From Patescibacteria group bacterium (GTDB taxonomy: Bacteria > Patescibacteriota > Patescibacteriia > Magasanikbacterales > GWA2-37-8), in contig JBAZKA010000001.1 in NCBI GenBank assembly GCA_041651015.1, positions 62,000-125,999 on the forward strand: 64,000 bases of DNA, given 5' to 3'. How positions within the stretch are numbered: the first letter of the stretch is position 1; every line of letters starts with the position of its first letter. Below the pieces are notes generated by a model, which saw nothing but the letters and a program-made list of their open reading frames with translations, was not told where the DNA came from and searched no databases. Both the position numbers and the translations under genes were made by a program. Positions 60,491 to 64,000 of this stretch are shown piece after piece.

Positions 60491-60693
60491 GCCTTTCCCG
60501 CCTTGTTCTAAAAAATCCAATAATCCGTTCATTCCCAAAAATAGCCCCGGACAGTCCGGGGCAATCACCATGAAATCGTCTTGACTCTCTCCTTGACGAT
60601 TTCAGTTGATATACAAAACCCGCTATTAACTTGGCGGGTTTTGTGTTTTTATAGTATAATAATGAATAGATTGCCGCGGCCTTTGGCCTCGCA

Positions 60694-62214
60694 ATGACAA
60701 AAAATATGAACAAACTATTTCCTCTCAACACCGAAACAAAACGGATTTTGTTTTGGACTATTGTCAGCATCGCGGTCATGTCCACCTATATGATAGCCGG
60801 AATGATTTTCGGGTCATCCATGATAATGCTGCTCTTCGCGCTGATAGTGGTTTTTTTATCCACGGTCATGCACCCGCAAGTTGGCATCTATACAATTTTG
60901 ATTTGTACCATGTGGTTTGAGCGATATTTTACGCTCGCGCCCATCACCATTGGCAGTGTTGTCTATAAAATTTATCCGCTGGATTTTTGTATTTTATTTT
61001 TAGCTTTGAGTTTGGTCGCCAGATTGGTAGAAGGAAAAATTAAATTTAAAACCCAAGCGCTTGACTGGTTTATTTTGGTTTTTGGCGGAGTGTGCACCTT
61101 GAGTTTGTTATCGTCGTATTGGCGCGGGTTGGATATGGCCGTGGCTGTCGGTACCTACAAAAATTATTTTCTTTACGCTGTTTTATACGTGATACTTACT
61201 ATCGTTATGCAGACCAAGGAGGAGTGGGTCAGGCTTCTGAACTGGCTTATCGCGGCCGGCTTTGGTTTATTCTTTTTCCTTTTTTACGGACTAATTGCTG
61301 GCCATGGACTTTGGAGTGAATATACTCCGTTATCCACGTCCGGCGAACGCCTGATCGCCGGCACCCATATTTTTTATTTGATGTTATTTTTATTTTGGCT
61401 CGCGGCCGCTTATCTCTACCGTGAAGTCAAAGAAAAAAATAAATGGCAATCAGTGGCTGTGATTGTGGGCATGTCGCTGGCCGGTCTCGCGCTGGTAGTC
61501 TCGCTTGTGCGCCATCTGTGGTTGGCCGTGCCAACTGTTTTAATTTTTTGGATTATATTTTTACCGACTATGCGCCGTCGGTTAAAATTTTTAATTTTGA
61601 TCGGAATAGTCGGCGCGCTGACCGCGGTGTTGACTTTTATTTTTATTTATTCCGGACGCGTTATTCACGGCTCCAATGCCGGGCAGACTTTTGCCAATAC
61701 ATCGGAGGTTTTGAGTCAGAGAACTGACATAGAAAATGTGACCAGCGGAAACGACTCCAGTTTTTCTTGGCGTTTGGCGGTCTGGAAAGTCGGTTTTTCC
61801 GCTTGGTTAACGCATCCATTTTTTGGTTTGGGATTGGGCCATCGTATCACCGGGTTGATAAATAATTGGCCTTTTGATATCGCCCTGCGCGAGATACACA
61901 ATGATTATCTGGCTATGCTTTACCAGATGGGCGTGGTCGGGTTGATTGCCGTCTTAGAATTCTTGGTTTTCCTTTGGTATATTTTTTTTCACGATAGAAG
62001 TTTCTTACTTGATAATGAATCGCTTGACGGCCGATTGTTCTTTTCGTTTTGGAGCATGGCGATATTATTTATGATTGGTTTTCTTGTCTCGGTTTATTGG
62101 GATGTAAATTTCTTTGTCATTTGGTGGTGGCTCGCCATTGCCGGCCTGCGGTTTGTTTGCATGCGACAACCCGTCACCACCAAAATTTTTTATGAAGATA
62201 CTTCAGATAAATAA
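60694..62214 (+). CDS. O-antigen ligase/polymerase (Wzy_C) family membrane protein
   Basis: S..WR..VW.......HPFFGLGLG, HNDYL..L...G.VG. Confidence 0.85.
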   Translation: MTKNMNKLFPLNTETKRILFWTIVSIAVMSTYMIAGMIFGSSMIMLLFALIVVFLSTVMHPQVGIYTILICTMWFERYFTLAPITIGSVVYKIYPLDFCILFLALSLVARLVEGKIKFKTQALDWFILVFGGVCTLSLLSSYWRGLDMAVAVGTYKNYFLYAVLYVILTIVMQTKEEWVRLLNWLIAAGFGLFFFLFYGLIAGHGLWSEYTPLSTSGERLIAGTHIFYLMLFLFWLAAAYLYREVKEKNKWQSVAVIVGMSLAGLALVVSLVRHLWLAVPTVLIFWIIFLPTMRRRLKFLILIGIVGALTAVLTFIFIYSGRVIHGSNAGQTFANTSEVLSQRTDIENVTSGNDSSFSWRLAVWKVGFSAWLTHPFFGLGLGHRITGLINNWPFDIALREIHNDYLAMLYQMGVVGLIAVLEFLVFLWYIFFHDRSFLLDNESLDGRLFFSFWSMAILFMIGFLVSVYWDVNFFVIWWWLAIAGLRFVCMRQPVTTKIFYEDTSDK

Positions 62215-63400
62215 ATTTTTTTATCGCCGAGGCGGAGCCGACCATCATTTTATGGATTTGGTTGATTTGTTGCACGAAAAAGGCGAAGGAGTATTTGTCT
62301 TTTCCATGCGCGACAAACGCAATAAGTCGAGCGATTACGAAAAATATTTTGTCTCCAACATTGAATTCGGTAAATTAAATTTGGCCGCTCTTCTGCGTCC
62401 GTTTAGAGTGATATATTCTTTTGAAGCGGCGAGAAAATTGCGTCGTTTAATTCGCGAGGCTCGTCCGGATATCGCGCACGTGCATTTGATTTACCATCAT
62501 CTGTCGCCATCTGTTTTGGCGGTTCTGAAACAAGAAAAAATTCCCGTGGTTATGACGATTCATGATTGGAAACCGCTTTGTCCGAATTATCTGATGTTTA
62601 CCGAAGGCGCGATTTGTGAACGTTGCCGCGGTGGTCATTATGTTCAGGCGGCCAAGCATCGTTGTATCCACAATTCTTGTCCGCAAAGTATTTGGGCCGC
62701 GTTTGAGGCTTATGTTTATCATGCTAAAAATTATTACGAAGAGTATGTGGATTTATATATTGCCCCGAGCGAATTTGTAAAAACAATGTTTATTAAATGG
62801 GGTTTTCCGGCGGACAAAATTCTGGTGTTGCCTCACTTTTTATCGCCGTCAATTGTCCGCGAACAAACCTCAATTACAGCGCCGGCTAAACCGGAGTTTG
62901 TTTTTGTCGGGCGTCTGAACGCGGAAAAGGGGATTATGACTTTGGCAAGAAAATGGGCGAGCGAAAAAATTTTATATCCTCTGCATGTATTTGGCGACGG
63001 GCCGCTCGCGCCTCAACTTAGAAATTTCGTGGAGGACAATCGATTGCGAAATATTATTTTACACGGCGCAGTACCGCGCGAGGAAATCAGCCAACGTTTG
63101 CGCGCCATGACCGCATTGATTGTGCCAAGTGAGTGGTATGAAATTTTTGGTTTGGTGGCGATTGAAGCATGGGCGCAAGGTGTGCCGATTATTACCTCAA
63201 ATTTCGGCGCTTTACCCGAGCTGGTTAAAAATTCCGGCGCCGGTATTGTGATGGATTTTAAAAATGATAAACTTTCCGATGTCCTGTCCGCCATTACCGA
63301 CCAAAAATATCGCGATAACGCCGTATCGTATATGTCCGGCCATCACTTGGCTGATGAATATTACCGAAAATTATTACATATTTATAAAATGGTTGTGTAG
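62192..63400 (+). CDS. GT4 family glycosyltransferase
   Basis: MKILQINKF..RGGA, PDIAHVH, FVGRL..EKG, PSEWYE.FGLVAIEA...G.P. Confidence 0.92.
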   Translation: MKILQINKFFYRRGGADHHFMDLVDLLHEKGEGVFVFSMRDKRNKSSDYEKYFVSNIEFGKLNLAALLRPFRVIYSFEAARKLRRLIREARPDIAHVHLIYHHLSPSVLAVLKQEKIPVVMTIHDWKPLCPNYLMFTEGAICERCRGGHYVQAAKHRCIHNSCPQSIWAAFEAYVYHAKNYYEEYVDLYIAPSEFVKTMFIKWGFPADKILVLPHFLSPSIVREQTSITAPAKPEFVFVGRLNAEKGIMTLARKWASEKILYPLHVFGDGPLAPQLRNFVEDNRLRNIILHGAVPREEISQRLRAMTALIVPSEWYEIFGLVAIEAWAQGVPIITSNFGALPELVKNSGAGIVMDFKNDKLSDVLSAITDQKYRDNAVSYMSGHHLADEYYRKLLHIYKMVV

Positions 63401-63430
63401 GCTGTTCAGGGAGGGGCGTAGAAAATATTT

Positions 63431-64000
63431 ATGTATAAAAGTATTAAAATAAAATTATCAAAATATCTTGCCATTGTTTTGCTACTGGCGATTTTTTTTA
63501 GTGTTGCACCCGCCTCGCCGGCCCGGGCCGCGAACAAATACCCGCGTTTGGCCAATTTTTATTTATACTCGCCGATACGCGAGAGCGAAGTGGCGCAATT
63601 TTCCAAATGGGACGTGTTGATTTTTCACATGCTCGCGACGCAAAATAGCGCCGCGCAAATAAAAAAAATACGCCAGCTTAATCCGGATATAAAAATTTTG
63701 GTTTATCTGGCCTCACAAGAATTTCCCATTGAAGATTATAAATCATGGGATACGATGTCCAATGGCCTGATGAAACAAGAAGTGGCCGGCATCACCGATG
63801 ACATGTGGTTGTTGGATGAAGACGGCGATCACGTGGTATTTTGGGGCAGCAATTGGATGTTGAATATTACCAGTGATCGGTGGACAAATTATCTATCTAG
63901 TTTTGTCGTAGACAAACTTTTGTCCTCCGGACTTTATGATGGTGTATTTTACGATAATTCTTGGTATAACGTGTCTTGGGTAAACGGTGGGGCGATTGAT
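63431..64000 (+). CDS. secreted putative glycoside-hydrolase-like TIM-barrel protein (partial, runs off the window)
   Basis: Signal peptide, YPRLANFYL, KIRQLNPDIKILVY, YDGVFYDN. Confidence 0.7.
   Translation, partial: MYKSIKIKLSKYLAIVLLLAIFFSVAPASPARAANKYPRLANFYLYSPIRESEVAQFSKWDVLIFHMLATQNSAAQIKKIRQLNPDIKILVYLASQEFPIEDYKSWDTMSNGLMKQEVAGITDDMWLLDEDGDHVVFWGSNWMLNITSDRWTNYLSSFVVDKLLSSGLYDGVFYDNSWYNVSWVNGGAID

Noticed and set aside
50041-60650. Prophage or IS-bounded genomic island
   Set aside because: No integrase, transposase, phage structural genes or flanking direct repeats were detected.

Overview
Bacterial chromosomal segment in standard code 11. It is most consistent with a Patescibacteria/CPR (Parcubacteria-like) genome, inferred from AT-rich SD-less gene starts, tandem gpmI, a pilM/pilin/pilD cluster, an ECF sigma/anti-sigma pair and an S-layer-like protein. 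Positions 1-50 kb are mostly housekeeping: gpmI x2, valS-tyrS-argS, cysS, ligA, ppsA, typA, infC-rpmI-rplT, smpB-ssrA, tRNA-Leu(GAG) and tRNA-Asp(GTC). Unusual items in that part are a 1492-aa protein (six tandem variable HTH-like repeats + SNF2 helicase + SAM methyltransferase), a tandem SET-domain protein, a solo MazF-like gene flanked by two antisense small-RNA units, and a separately promoted hairpin RNA whose loop is an anti-Shine-Dalgarno sequence. From about 50.0 to 60.6 kb there is a GC-richer island of secreted genes that look diderm/myxobacterial: two coiled-coil + beta-barrel-like proteins and two Asp/Thr-repeat Cys-rich lipoproteins. Unlike the core genes, they carry clear SD sites, consensus sigma70 promoters, boxA-like motifs, structured UTRs and a repeated pseudoknot/terminator leader. 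The window ends in a polysaccharide locus. No CRISPR, integrase, transposase or reverse transcriptase was seen. All family calls come from motif recognition by eye, without database searches.
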